Source of the DNA: an uncultured Planctomycetia bacterium
GTDB taxonomy: Bacteria; Omnitrophota; Gorgyraeia; Tantalellales; Tantalellaceae
Length of the DNA stretch: 61,160 nucleotides
Direction of reading: 5' to 3'
Assembly: GCA_964451815.1 (NCBI GenBank)
Contig: CAYVIW010000004.1
Location: forward strand, 1-61,160
Of the stretch, positions 27,140-35,466 are shown piece after piece. Every line of letters starts with the position of its first letter. The first letter of the stretch is position 1. The position numbers and the translations under genes were made by a program. The notes below the pieces were generated by a model. The model worked only from the letters and a program-made list of their open reading frames with translations. It searched no databases and was not told the DNA's origin.

Positions 27140-27204
27140 ATAGATAGATGTAAATGCGTCTATATGATGTGGGTTTGGGAGGGGATCGATATATATAAGG
27201 GAAG

Positions 27205-29805
27205 GTGATGGACATGATACCGGACAAGATGACTTTAAAAACTCAGGAAGCGTTAAGGAACGCTTTGAGGGAAGCGGTTGATAGAGGGCAGCAGGAGGTT
27301 ACTTTGGAACATCTGCTGTACGCCATGCTGTCGGACGGCACTGGTGTGTGTAATTCCATATTGGGTAAGATCGGGGTGGATGCGTCTGTTCTTAAAGAAG
27401 AAATAGAGCGCCAGCTTTCGGGTAAGGCCCGAGTAAGCGGAGCATCAGCTCAGCCATATCTGTCCGCGGAGGTCAACAGGGTTTTGCAGCTTGCTGACAA
27501 GGAGGCGAGGAGCCTCAAGGACGAGTATCTGAGCGTAGAGCATGTGCTTCTTGCCATGTCAAAAGAAAGCACATCCGGGGTATCTTCTATACTGGCAAAA
27601 CACAACGTTAAGAGCGAGAGCATATTGGCCGCTCTTCGGGAAATAAGGGGCGGTCACAAGGTCACCGACGAGGACCCGGAGGGAAAATACCAGGCTCTTG
27701 AGAAATACGGCAGAGATCTTGTGGAGCTGGCGGATCTCGGTAAGCTTGACCCTGTCATAGGCCGGGACGAGGAGATACGGAGGCTTATACATGTACTTTC
27801 AAGAAGGACCAAGAACAACCCTGTTCTGATAGGGGACCCGGGCACAGGCAAGACCGCTATTGTAGAGGGACTCGCTCTCAGGATATCATCAGGGGACGTA
27901 CCCTCAAGATTGCGGGACAAAAAACTTATCGCCCTCGACCTTGGAGCTCTTATAGCCGGGGCCAAATTCAGAGGTGAGTTCGAGGACAGACTTAAGGCGG
28001 TACTCCGGGAGATAAAGGAAAGGGGGACGGAGACAATACTTTTTATAGACGAACTTCATACTCTTGTAGGAGCCGGAGGCGCCGAGGGAGCGGTGGACGC
28101 GTCCAATATGCTAAAACCCGCCCTCGCGAGAGGCGAGCTGAGATGCATAGGGGCTACCACGCTGGATGAATACAGGAAGTACATAGAAAAAGACAAGGCT
28201 CTCGAGAGGCGTTTCCAGCAGATATTCATAGGGGAGCCCACAGTAGAGAACACCATTGCCATACTCAGGGGTCTTAAGGAAAAGTATGAGATACACCATG
28301 GCGTTATGATATCAGATTCGGCCATAGTGGCCGCGGCCGCGTTGTCGGACAGGTACATAACCGCCAGGTTCCTTCCTGACAAGGCCATAGATCTGATAGA
28401 TGAGGCGGCATCCAAACTCCGCATAGAGATCGATTCTGTGCCGACAGAAATAGATCGGGTCCAGCGCGGTATAATGAGGCTCGAGATAGAGAAACAGGCT
28501 CTTAAAAAAGAGAAAGATACTGATACGGGTAAGAAGAAAATTAAGGAAGTTGACGAAGAGCTGAAGGGGCTTCGTGACAAACTACAGGAGATGAAAAAAC
28601 ACTGGGACAAGGAAAAGGGTGTGATTGCAAAGATACAGAATATAAAGGAAGAGATCGACAGTTCCCGCATTGAGGAGGCCAACGCCGAAAAAGAAGGGAA
28701 CCTGACCAAGGTGTCGGAAATAAGGTACGGAAAGATGGTGGAACTTAATAAAAAACTCGAAGATGCCACCAGGGAAATGGAGAATATACAGCGGTCCAGC
28801 CGCATGCTCAAGGAAGAAGTGGATGACGAGGATATAGCCAAAATAGTGTCGCAATGGACGGGTATACCCATGACAAAGCTCATGGAGTCGGAGATAGAAA
28901 AACTGATCCATATGGAGGATGTGATAAAAACGCGTGTGGTGGGCCAGGATGAGGCGGTAACTAAGATAGCGAACGCCGTTCGCCGGTCCAGAAGCGGAAT
29001 GGCCGATCCCTCAAGGCCCATAGGCTCGTTTATTTTTCTCGGCCCCACGGGAGTGGGGAAGACCTATATGGCAAGGACCCTGGCATGGTTCCTTTTCAAC
29101 GATCCGGATGCTATGGTCCGTATAGACATGTCGGAATACATGGAAAAACATTCGGTGTCGCGTCTTATAGGGGCCCCGCCAGGATACGTAGGGTATGAGG
29201 AAGGCGGTCAGCTTACAGAAAAGGTGAGGAGAAGACCTTATTGTGTGATACTTCTGGATGAGATCGAAAAGGCCCATCATGACGTATTTAATATACTGCT
29301 GCAGATACTGGACGATGGCCGCCTCACTGATAACCAGGGGCATGTTGTCGACTTCAAGAACACGATAGTAATAATGACGTCAAATATCGGCAGCCAGCAT
29401 TTCACGTCAGAGCCCGGGAATAGGGAAAATATATCCCGTCTGGTGGGAGATGAGATCAAGAGACATTTCAGGCCGGAATTCATCAACCGAGTGGATGAAT
29501 TGATCATCTTCAACAAACTTTCGGAGGATGATATTATCAAGATCGTGGGCCTGGAACTTGGGCAGGTAGAAGAAAGGCTTAAGGCACGGGATATAAAAGC
29601 GGAAGTTACCGAAGAGGCCAGGAAGGAACTGGCAAAGAGAGGGTTCGATCCGGATTACGGGGCAAGACCTCTTAAAAGACTTATCCAGAAAGAAGTTCAG
29701 GACAAACTGGCAGTTGGTCTACTTAAGGGTGATATAGCCGACGGATCTAAAGTGGTAATAGATTATAATTCGAAAAAGGACGCTTTTGAGTTCAAGTGTT
29801 CCTGA
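27205..29805 (+). CDS. clpB: Chaperone disaggregase ClpB
   Basis: Two AAA modules ([16 protein letters not shown]), a long coiled-coil middle domain and a Clp N-domain. The start could be GTG 27205, ATG 27208 or ATG 27214. Confidence 0.95.
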   Translation: MMDMIPDKMTLKTQEALRNALREAVDRGQQEVTLEHLLYAMLSDGTGVCNSILGKIGVDASVLKEEIERQLSGKARVSGASAQPYLSAEVNRVLQLADKEARSLKDEYLSVEHVLLAMSKESTSGVSSILAKHNVKSESILAALREIRGGHKVTDEDPEGKYQALEKYGRDLVELADLGKLDPVIGRDEEIRRLIHVLSRRTKNNPVLIGDPGTGKTAIVEGLALRISSGDVPSRLRDKKLIALDLGALIAGAKFRGEFEDRLKAVLREIKERGTETILFIDELHTLVGAGGAEGAVDASNMLKPALARGELRCIGATTLDEYRKYIEKDKALERRFQQIFIGEPTVENTIAILRGLKEKYEIHHGVMISDSAIVAAAALSDRYITARFLPDKAIDLIDEAASKLRIEIDSVPTEIDRVQRGIMRLEIEKQALKKEKDTDTGKKKIKEVDEELKGLRDKLQEMKKHWDKEKGVIAKIQNIKEEIDSSRIEEANAEKEGNLTKVSEIRYGKMVELNKKLEDATREMENIQRSSRMLKEEVDDEDIAKIVSQWTGIPMTKLMESEIEKLIHMEDVIKTRVVGQDEAVTKIANAVRRSRSGMADPSRPIGSFIFLGPTGVGKTYMARTLAWFLFNDPDAMVRIDMSEYMEKHSVSRLIGAPPGYVGYEEGGQLTEKVRRRPYCVILLDEIEKAHHDVFNILLQILDDGRLTDNQGHVVDFKNTIVIMTSNIGSQHFTSEPGNRENISRLVGDEIKRHFRPEFINRVDELIIFNKLSEDDIIKIVGLELGQVEERLKARDIKAEVTEEARKELAKRGFDPDYGARPLKRLIQKEVQDKLAVGLLKGDIADGSKVVIDYNSKKDAFEFKCS

Positions 29806-29818
29806 GGGAGAGGTGGAA

Positions 29819-30478
29819 ATGTCACAAAAAGATTATTATAAAGTTCTGGGTGTAAAGGAAGACGCGAGCGAAGCAGAGATAAAAAAGGCTTACAGGAAAC
29901 TCGCGGTTAAATATCATCCTGACAAGAACCCCGGGGACTCGAAGGCGGAGGAAAAGTTCAAGGAGATATCAGAAGCCTATTATGCCCTGGGTGACGCGAA
30001 ACGGCGCAAAGAATATGACAATCTGAGGCGTATGGGGGCTTATACAGGCGACTTTTCATCAGCCCAGGGATTTGATTTTTCGGATTTCATGAGCCAGTTC
30101 TCCGGGGGAGGATTCTCGTCAAGATCGTCTTTCGGCGATATTTTCGGGGATATCTTTTCAGGTGGAGGAAGGTCCAGAGGGCCGGGCACGCACAAATTCT
30201 ATTATTCTACCGGAGGGGGCATGTCGGAAGGAGCGGGTGGCGCGTACGCGGGAGCCCAGCAGGTGGACACCGATATAAGAGCCTCGCTGCCTGTTCCCAA
30301 AAAACTCGCCAGTAAAGGAGGCGAGGCGACATTCAAGCTTTCGGGAGGAAAGAACGTTACTCTCAAAATACCTGCCGGGACCAGGCACGGTCAGAAAATG
30401 CGACTGAGGGGCCAGGGCAGGGATTGTCCGTGCTGCAGGCATAAAGGGGACCTCATAGTTACGGTCAATATAAAGTAG
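29819..30478 (+). CDS. J-domain protein (DnaJ/CbpA-like, no zinc-finger domain, truncated C-terminal domain)
   Basis: DYYKVLGV...KYHPDKN J-domain, a Gly/Phe-rich linker and a short DnaJ-CTD-like tail. GGAGAGG SD before ATG 29819. Confidence 0.8.
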   Translation: MSQKDYYKVLGVKEDASEAEIKKAYRKLAVKYHPDKNPGDSKAEEKFKEISEAYYALGDAKRRKEYDNLRRMGAYTGDFSSAQGFDFSDFMSQFSGGGFSSRSSFGDIFGDIFSGGGRSRGPGTHKFYYSTGGGMSEGAGGAYAGAQQVDTDIRASLPVPKKLASKGGEATFKLSGGKNVTLKIPAGTRHGQKMRLRGQGRDCPCCRHKGDLIVTVNIK

Positions 30479-30486
30479 GGGGAAAG

Positions 30487-30786
30487 ATGGACGAACATGA
30501 TCTTATAAGGATATTTAAAGCTCTGGCGGACAAGACCAGACAGGATATCCTGGAGCTTATATCCCGGCAGGAGATGAACGTTACGGATATATGTTCGGAG
30601 TTCCATGTGTCCCAGCCCACGGTGTCGCATCATCTACACATATTGAAAGATTGCGGCCTCGTGGATTACCGCAAGGAGGGCAAGAAAATATACTATTACA
30701 TAAAACAGGAAGTAATGGATGACGCTTTCGGCAGGGTCGTCAAGAAGATGCGGGTAAGGATAGTCAGAAAAAGTGAGGATGGATAG
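30487..30786 (+). CDS. ArsR/SmtB-family winged-helix regulator
   Basis: The segment MNVTDICSEFHVSQPTVSHHLHILKDCGLV is typical of the family. The CVC metal-site motif is absent. Confidence 0.8.
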   Translation: MDEHDLIRIFKALADKTRQDILELISRQEMNVTDICSEFHVSQPTVSHHLHILKDCGLVDYRKEGKKIYYYIKQEVMDDAFGRVVKKMRVRIVRKSEDG

Positions 30787-30789
30787 GGA

Positions 30790-31103
30790 TAAAGAAACAT
30801 ATTTTGGGTATTTTTTACAGTACTTTGTAGACTTGCTTTCTATCATGTTCTGACCCCTGTATGAGTATAAGGGTAAACAGATGTATGTTTGAGCGGGGCA
30901 CCGTGAAGTGAGCAAGCATGGTCCCGCCCCGCGATATCCTGGTGAGGGCGGGTTGCGAACGGAACGTCGAGCGAAGATATCACGCCGGGAGATCGAGCGT
31001 CCCCGCGAGAATATGCATCTGTTTACCCTTATTTGTTGCCTGCATAAACGTTGAATTGTGCAGAAAATACCCAAAATATGTTACAGTACTTGAATAGGAA
31101 CCA
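30790..31103. repeat. MITE-like nested-palindrome element, copy A
   Basis: Perfect 19-bp outer inverted repeat (30796-30814 / 31064-31082) and perfect 15-bp inner inverted repeat (30869-30883 / 31016-31030). The core 30893-31006 is homologous to the reverse complement of 37557-37671. Confidence 0.7.
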
Positions 31104-31144
31104 TGTTGTGCGGCGCCTGATGCTGTGATAACATAGAGAATAAT

Positions 31145-31645
31145 ATGAAGAAAACCACACTTGTCGTAGACGGGTACAACGCCATAAACGCCATACCCGA
31201 GGTCAGGAAGCTTTTGAAGGATAGCCTTCTCAGCGCCCGGAGCAGGATAATAATGCTGGCTTCGGAATATGCCAGGTCCAGCGGCTATATAACTGATTTC
31301 TGTGTGGTGTTCGACGGCCAGGACAGGTACAGGTATCTGGAACGCATGTATGTGCCCCAGGACGCTAAACACACTTTTTCAAAAAGCGGGGAAGGTGACG
31401 ACAAAATACTTGAGACGGTGAGGAACTTTTCCGAAAAAGGTAAGGTGGTCGTGGCTTCTAACGATAACTATGTGCGTAATAATTCCAGAAGCTACGGGGC
31501 CGCGATCATAGATTCAGAAGAGCTTGGCGGGAAAAAGAAAAAAAAGATGCCCGCGGACAAGGATACGAAGAGCGATGATAAGGCCCTGGCCAAGGACATC
31601 AAGGATAAGATAACCAGAGAATATATGGAAGAACTGGGACTTTAG
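31145..31645 (+). CDS. NYN/PIN-like domain protein (YacP/Rae1-like)
   Basis: N-terminus LVVDGYNAINAIPE and VVFDG ... VASND pattern, with a Lys-rich C-terminal tail. Confidence 0.65.
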   Translation: MKKTTLVVDGYNAINAIPEVRKLLKDSLLSARSRIIMLASEYARSSGYITDFCVVFDGQDRYRYLERMYVPQDAKHTFSKSGEGDDKILETVRNFSEKGKVVVASNDNYVRNNSRSYGAAIIDSEELGGKKKKKMPADKDTKSDDKALAKDIKDKITREYMEELGL

Positions 31646-31648
31646 AGC

Positions 31649-32659
31649 ATGCAGGTGGCAATGAACGCGATAGACCAGATGATCGAGGCGAAGGCCGTGC
31701 TCGCGCCGATGGCCGGTGTTACCGATCTTCCATTCCGGCTTATGTGCCGGAAGTTCGGATGTCGTTTCGCTTTTACGGAAATGGTAGATGTCAACGCCAT
31801 TGCCTACGGTAACCGCAAGACCATGAAATATCTGGAAAGGCTTCCGGGGGACATTCCTCTTGGGGCCCAGATAGTGGGACGCGATGAGAAAAAGCTCATC
31901 ATGGCGGCCGGAATATGCCAGGAAAAAGGATTTGAGGTCATAGATCTTAACGCGGGGTGTCCGGCCAGAAAAGTGATAAAGGGAGGCAAAGGGTCCGCTT
32001 TGCTCAGAGACCCGGCCACCCTGGGGAATCTGGTGGAGAGTCTCGTAAGAACCCTTTCGGTGCCGCTTACGGTAAAAATAAGAAGCGGGTGGGATGAAGA
32101 CAACCTCAACTACGCGGAAGTGGCGAAGATCCTCGAATCGGCGGGTGCCAGCGCCATATGCATCCATCCAAGGACCACGCGGCAGATGTACAGAGGAAGC
32201 AGGATATCTCACGAGCCGACAGCCGAAATAAAAGCTTCTGTCAGGATACCTGTCTTCGCGAGCGGCAACATCTTCTCAGCCGAAGACGCCCTTGGGGTAA
32301 TGGACGCGACCGAATGTGACGGCGTTTTTATAGCCAGAGGTTCACTTGGAAGGCCATGGATATTCAGGGATATAGCGGATGCTATTTCGGGCAATGACAG
32401 GCGCGAAATACCGGAGCTTGATGAGCTTAAGTCCCTTATGAAAGAGCATTTCGCGGTGTCACAGGAATTTTACGGCGCGTTCCTTACGGCAAAGAGGATG
32501 TATAAGCATGTAACGTGGTATCTCAAGAGATATAAGAACCTGGATGCTGTTATGCGCGCTTACCGTGAAGTAAAGGATATCTCGACGTTCGCGATCTTTC
32601 TGGACCGTATCGTTCTTGACGGCAGAAAACTTCGTGTTGGAACGAGGGGGAGTGTGTGA
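31649..32659 (+). CDS. dusB: tRNA-dihydrouridine synthase
   Basis: LAPMAGVTDLPFR, DLNAGCP and IHPRT motifs. Confidence 0.9.
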   Translation: MQVAMNAIDQMIEAKAVLAPMAGVTDLPFRLMCRKFGCRFAFTEMVDVNAIAYGNRKTMKYLERLPGDIPLGAQIVGRDEKKLIMAAGICQEKGFEVIDLNAGCPARKVIKGGKGSALLRDPATLGNLVESLVRTLSVPLTVKIRSGWDEDNLNYAEVAKILESAGASAICIHPRTTRQMYRGSRISHEPTAEIKASVRIPVFASGNIFSAEDALGVMDATECDGVFIARGSLGRPWIFRDIADAISGNDRREIPELDELKSLMKEHFAVSQEFYGAFLTAKRMYKHVTWYLKRYKNLDAVMRAYREVKDISTFAIFLDRIVLDGRKLRVGTRGSV

Positions 32660-33246
32660 AAAGAATAGTTCTGGCTTCGGCTTCGGAAAGGAGGGCCCGT
32701 ATACTTTCAGAATGCGGTATCCGGCATGAGGTTGTGGTTAGCGGGGCTGATGAAGACCATACGGACGGAACGCATATATCTGATATTGTCGTGGATAATT
32801 CCGTTAGAAAAGCCGAGGCCGTGGCGGCAGGCCTTACAGAAACAGTCGTTATAGGCGCAGACACATTGGTGGCCCACGGCGATGATATTATCGGCAAACC
32901 CGGAGACGAGGGAGCGGCCAGGGAACTTTTGAGGAGATTTTCCGGCTCTGACATAGAAGTGTATACCGGGCTTTGCGTGATAGACACCGCTTCAGGCAGA
33001 AAAGCCTCGGGCGTTGAAAAGAGCGGCCTTACCGTGATCGGGCTGGCAGACGATGAGTTAGAAAGATATTTCAGGCTTCTGGCGCCTTACGATAAGGCGG
33101 GCGGGTTTTCCATAGAAGGCGCGGGCTCTCTTATTTTTGACGACATAAGAGGCTCATATTTCAATATTCTCGGTCTTCCCATGATCAAGCTGGCGGGGCT
33201 GTTCAAAGAAACAGGCATCGATATACTGGATTTTATAAACTCATGA
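32656..33246 (+). CDS. maf: Maf-family nucleoside triphosphate pyrophosphatase
   Basis: ILASASERR, GADT and AGGFSIEG motifs. GTG start overlaps the dusB stop. Confidence 0.9.
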   Translation: MKRIVLASASERRARILSECGIRHEVVVSGADEDHTDGTHISDIVVDNSVRKAEAVAAGLTETVVIGADTLVAHGDDIIGKPGDEGAARELLRRFSGSDIEVYTGLCVIDTASGRKASGVEKSGLTVIGLADDELERYFRLLAPYDKAGGFSIEGAGSLIFDDIRGSYFNILGLPMIKLAGLFKETGIDILDFINS

Positions 33247-34076
33247 CAAAACATTACACAATACCGTTCTTCATGCCGCACAAAGGGTGCGCTCACCGAT
33301 GTGTGTTCTGTGACCAGAACAGGATAACCGGGGAAGAGATGCCCGATCCGGAACATGTTCCGCGGAAGATAGAAAAATATCTATCCACCATACCTAAAAA
33401 GGACTCCCACGTGCAGGTGGGTTTTTTCGGCGGGAGTTTTACGGGCATGTCGCTGGACGACCAGCAAAAGTACCTCGCGCCGGTAAGGCCTTTTTTGAAA
33501 GAGGGTCGGGTCAAGGGATTAAGGCTTTCCACGCGGCCTGATCTTATAGATGAGGAGATATTGACCTTTCTTAAAGATCTCGGGGTGAGCTGCATAGAGC
33601 TTGGCGTTCAGTCAATGTCAGAAGATGTTCTTAAAGCTTCCCGCAGAGGGCATACGCCCGCCGATACCGAGAGATCTTCCCAAATGATATCTTCAAGGGG
33701 GTTTATCCTTGCCCATCAGATGATGCTGGGGCTTCCAATGAGCGATCATGATAAAGAGATGCATACCGCTAAGCGTATAAGCGAGCTTTCGGCTTCCCAG
33801 GTAAGGATATACCCTTTACTTGTAATGCAGGGCACCGAGCTGGCCGAAATGTGGAAAAGAGGCGAATATGAGGCTCTCAGCATGGAAGATGCCGTTGAAC
33901 GGGCGGCGAGGATCATATCGCTGTTTCTCTCAAAAGGTATACGGGTAATAAGGTGCGGTCTTCATGCCACGGAAGGGCTTCTTTCGGGGCAGGAATACCT
34001 GGCCGGGCCCTTCCATCCGGCATTCGGGCATTTTGCCCGCGAAAGAGCCCATGAAATAACAGATAACGGGGTTTGA
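33243..34076 (+). CDS. Radical SAM protein (ELP3/MiaB/NifB-type core), function unknown
   Basis: CAHRCVFC (CxxxCxxC) near the N-terminus. ATGA overlap with maf. Confidence 0.7.
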   Translation: MTKHYTIPFFMPHKGCAHRCVFCDQNRITGEEMPDPEHVPRKIEKYLSTIPKKDSHVQVGFFGGSFTGMSLDDQQKYLAPVRPFLKEGRVKGLRLSTRPDLIDEEILTFLKDLGVSCIELGVQSMSEDVLKASRRGHTPADTERSSQMISSRGFILAHQMMLGLPMSDHDKEMHTAKRISELSASQVRIYPLLVMQGTELAEMWKRGEYEALSMEDAVERAARIISLFLSKGIRVIRCGLHATEGLLSGQEYLAGPFHPAFGHFARERAHEITDNGV

Positions 34077-34793
34077 ATGGGGAGTCTTGTTATCCATGAC
34101 AAGAGAGTGCCCCGCGCATATATTGACAGTCTGTCCGAGCGTCTTGGGGATATTCAATTTATCCCGTTCGGGTGGGAAGGCGCGTCGGTATATTCATCGG
34201 TTTCTTGCCATCCTGACATATACATGTTCAGGCTTGATAATAGAATTATAGTCCATTCGCCGGACCTTCCTCTTGAGTTTTTGGACAGGGTCGCTTCAAG
34301 AGGTATAAGGCTTGTCCCCGGAGAAAAGGCGCCGGGCAGGAGATACCCCCACACCGCTTTATATAATGCTGTTCGTGTGGGAGAAGTGGTGTTTCATGCC
34401 TTTAACAACACCGACCCGGCCATAGTTGAAATGGCGCGGCGGAAAAACTTGAGGAAGGTCGATATTCCCCAGGGTTACGCGAGATGTTCGGTGCTCGCCT
34501 GTTCCGATAGAGCTATAATAACATCAGACAAAAATATCCGCGAAAGCGCGCGTAGAGAGGGCATAGAAGCGCTGCTTATATCCCCCGGCCATATAGAGCT
34601 TCCCGGCGAAAGATATGGATTTATAGGTGGAACGGGAGCCCTGGCCCCGGACGGAAGGGTGGTGGTCCTGGGGGACATATCCCGCCATCCCGATGCCGAT
34701 GATATTTACGGATTTATAAGCGAGCATTCCCGGGGTTGTATTCAGGCACCCGGACTGACTCTGTACGATGCCGGCGGTTTGTTTTTTGTTTAG
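34077..34793 (+). CDS. Hypothetical protein (possibly a pentein/GME-like fold; not verifiable here)
   Basis: The start codon abuts the radical SAM stop (TGAATG). Conserved-looking CHPD, GYARCS and GFIGGTG segments. Confidence 0.5.
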   Translation: MGSLVIHDKRVPRAYIDSLSERLGDIQFIPFGWEGASVYSSVSCHPDIYMFRLDNRIIVHSPDLPLEFLDRVASRGIRLVPGEKAPGRRYPHTALYNAVRVGEVVFHAFNNTDPAIVEMARRKNLRKVDIPQGYARCSVLACSDRAIITSDKNIRESARREGIEALLISPGHIELPGERYGFIGGTGALAPDGRVVVLGDISRHPDADDIYGFISEHSRGCIQAPGLTLYDAGGLFFV

Positions 34794-34818
34794 GTGTAAA
34801 TAATAGGGGATATTTTAC

Positions 34819-34846
34819 TTGACAAATACCTGATATTTGGTAAAAT
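34819..34846 (+). promoter_or_regulatory. Putative promoter of the PilZ gene
   Basis: TTGACA at 34819-34824, a 16-nt spacer, then TAAAAT at 34841-34846. GGAGGAGG SD downstream. Confidence 0.5.
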
Positions 34847-34878
34847 AATAAAAAGCCAAAATTGGAGGAGGATCCTTA

Positions 34879-35220
34879 ATGCATACAGAAAAAAGGGATT
34901 ATTCCCGTTATAATGTGTTCCTTGAAAGGCCGTCGTGTTTGAGGTCGGATTCGGAAGGCTCCAGGATAGACATACGTGATATCTCATGCGCCGGCATAAG
35001 GATATGTACCGATGAAAGGCTGATAAAAGGCGATTCCATAGATCTTGAGATAGTCATTCCATCTGATGATATACCCATGTTCGTTGCCGGCGAGGTAGTA
35101 TGGGTAGTAAAGGATCCCGGTTTCGATAAGACCTATAACGCGGGCATACGTCTCAAGAAAGTCAACGAGTTCGACCGTAAGCGTCTTGTTAAGTATATAC
35201 ACACCAATTTTACCCCCTGA
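34879..35220 (+). CDS. Stand-alone PilZ domain protein (c-di-GMP receptor type)
   Basis: RxxxR (RDYSR) and DxSxxG (DISCAG) motifs at the canonical spacing. Confidence 0.8.
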   Translation: MHTEKRDYSRYNVFLERPSCLRSDSEGSRIDIRDISCAGIRICTDERLIKGDSIDLEIVIPSDDIPMFVAGEVVWVVKDPGFDKTYNAGIRLKKVNEFDRKRLVKYIHTNFTP

Positions 35221-35377
35221 TAAGGTCTGAAATATAAGACTTTATCGTGATCGGATTTTCACGCCATTTTCCGATCAATATATTTCTATACCCTGCCATA
35301 AGATATGCCGGGCTTTTCAACAGAAATACATATGGAACTCACCAAGATATTTCACTATATCTTTTTTTCTATAACAC

Positions 35378-35407
35378 TTGTCAAGACTCGCCGCTGGAGA
35401 GTATAAT
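35378..35407 (+). promoter_or_regulatory. Putative promoter of dinG
   Basis: TTGTCA at 35378-35383, an 18-nt spacer, then a perfect TATAAT at 35402-35407. Confidence 0.55.
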
Positions 35408-35466
35408 CATACCGCGATGATAAAAATATCTTTAAAAGCGACAGGATCTTTCCGGGAGATAGCATT

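Noticed and set aside
28056-29048. 330-aa minus-strand ORF inside clpB
   Set aside because: It is a Ser/Ile/Phe-rich low-complexity translation antisense to a highly conserved gene, a typical shadow ORF. The same reasoning applies to the other antisense ORFs, for example 35512-36156, 36805-37497, 37979-38758 and 4935-5714.
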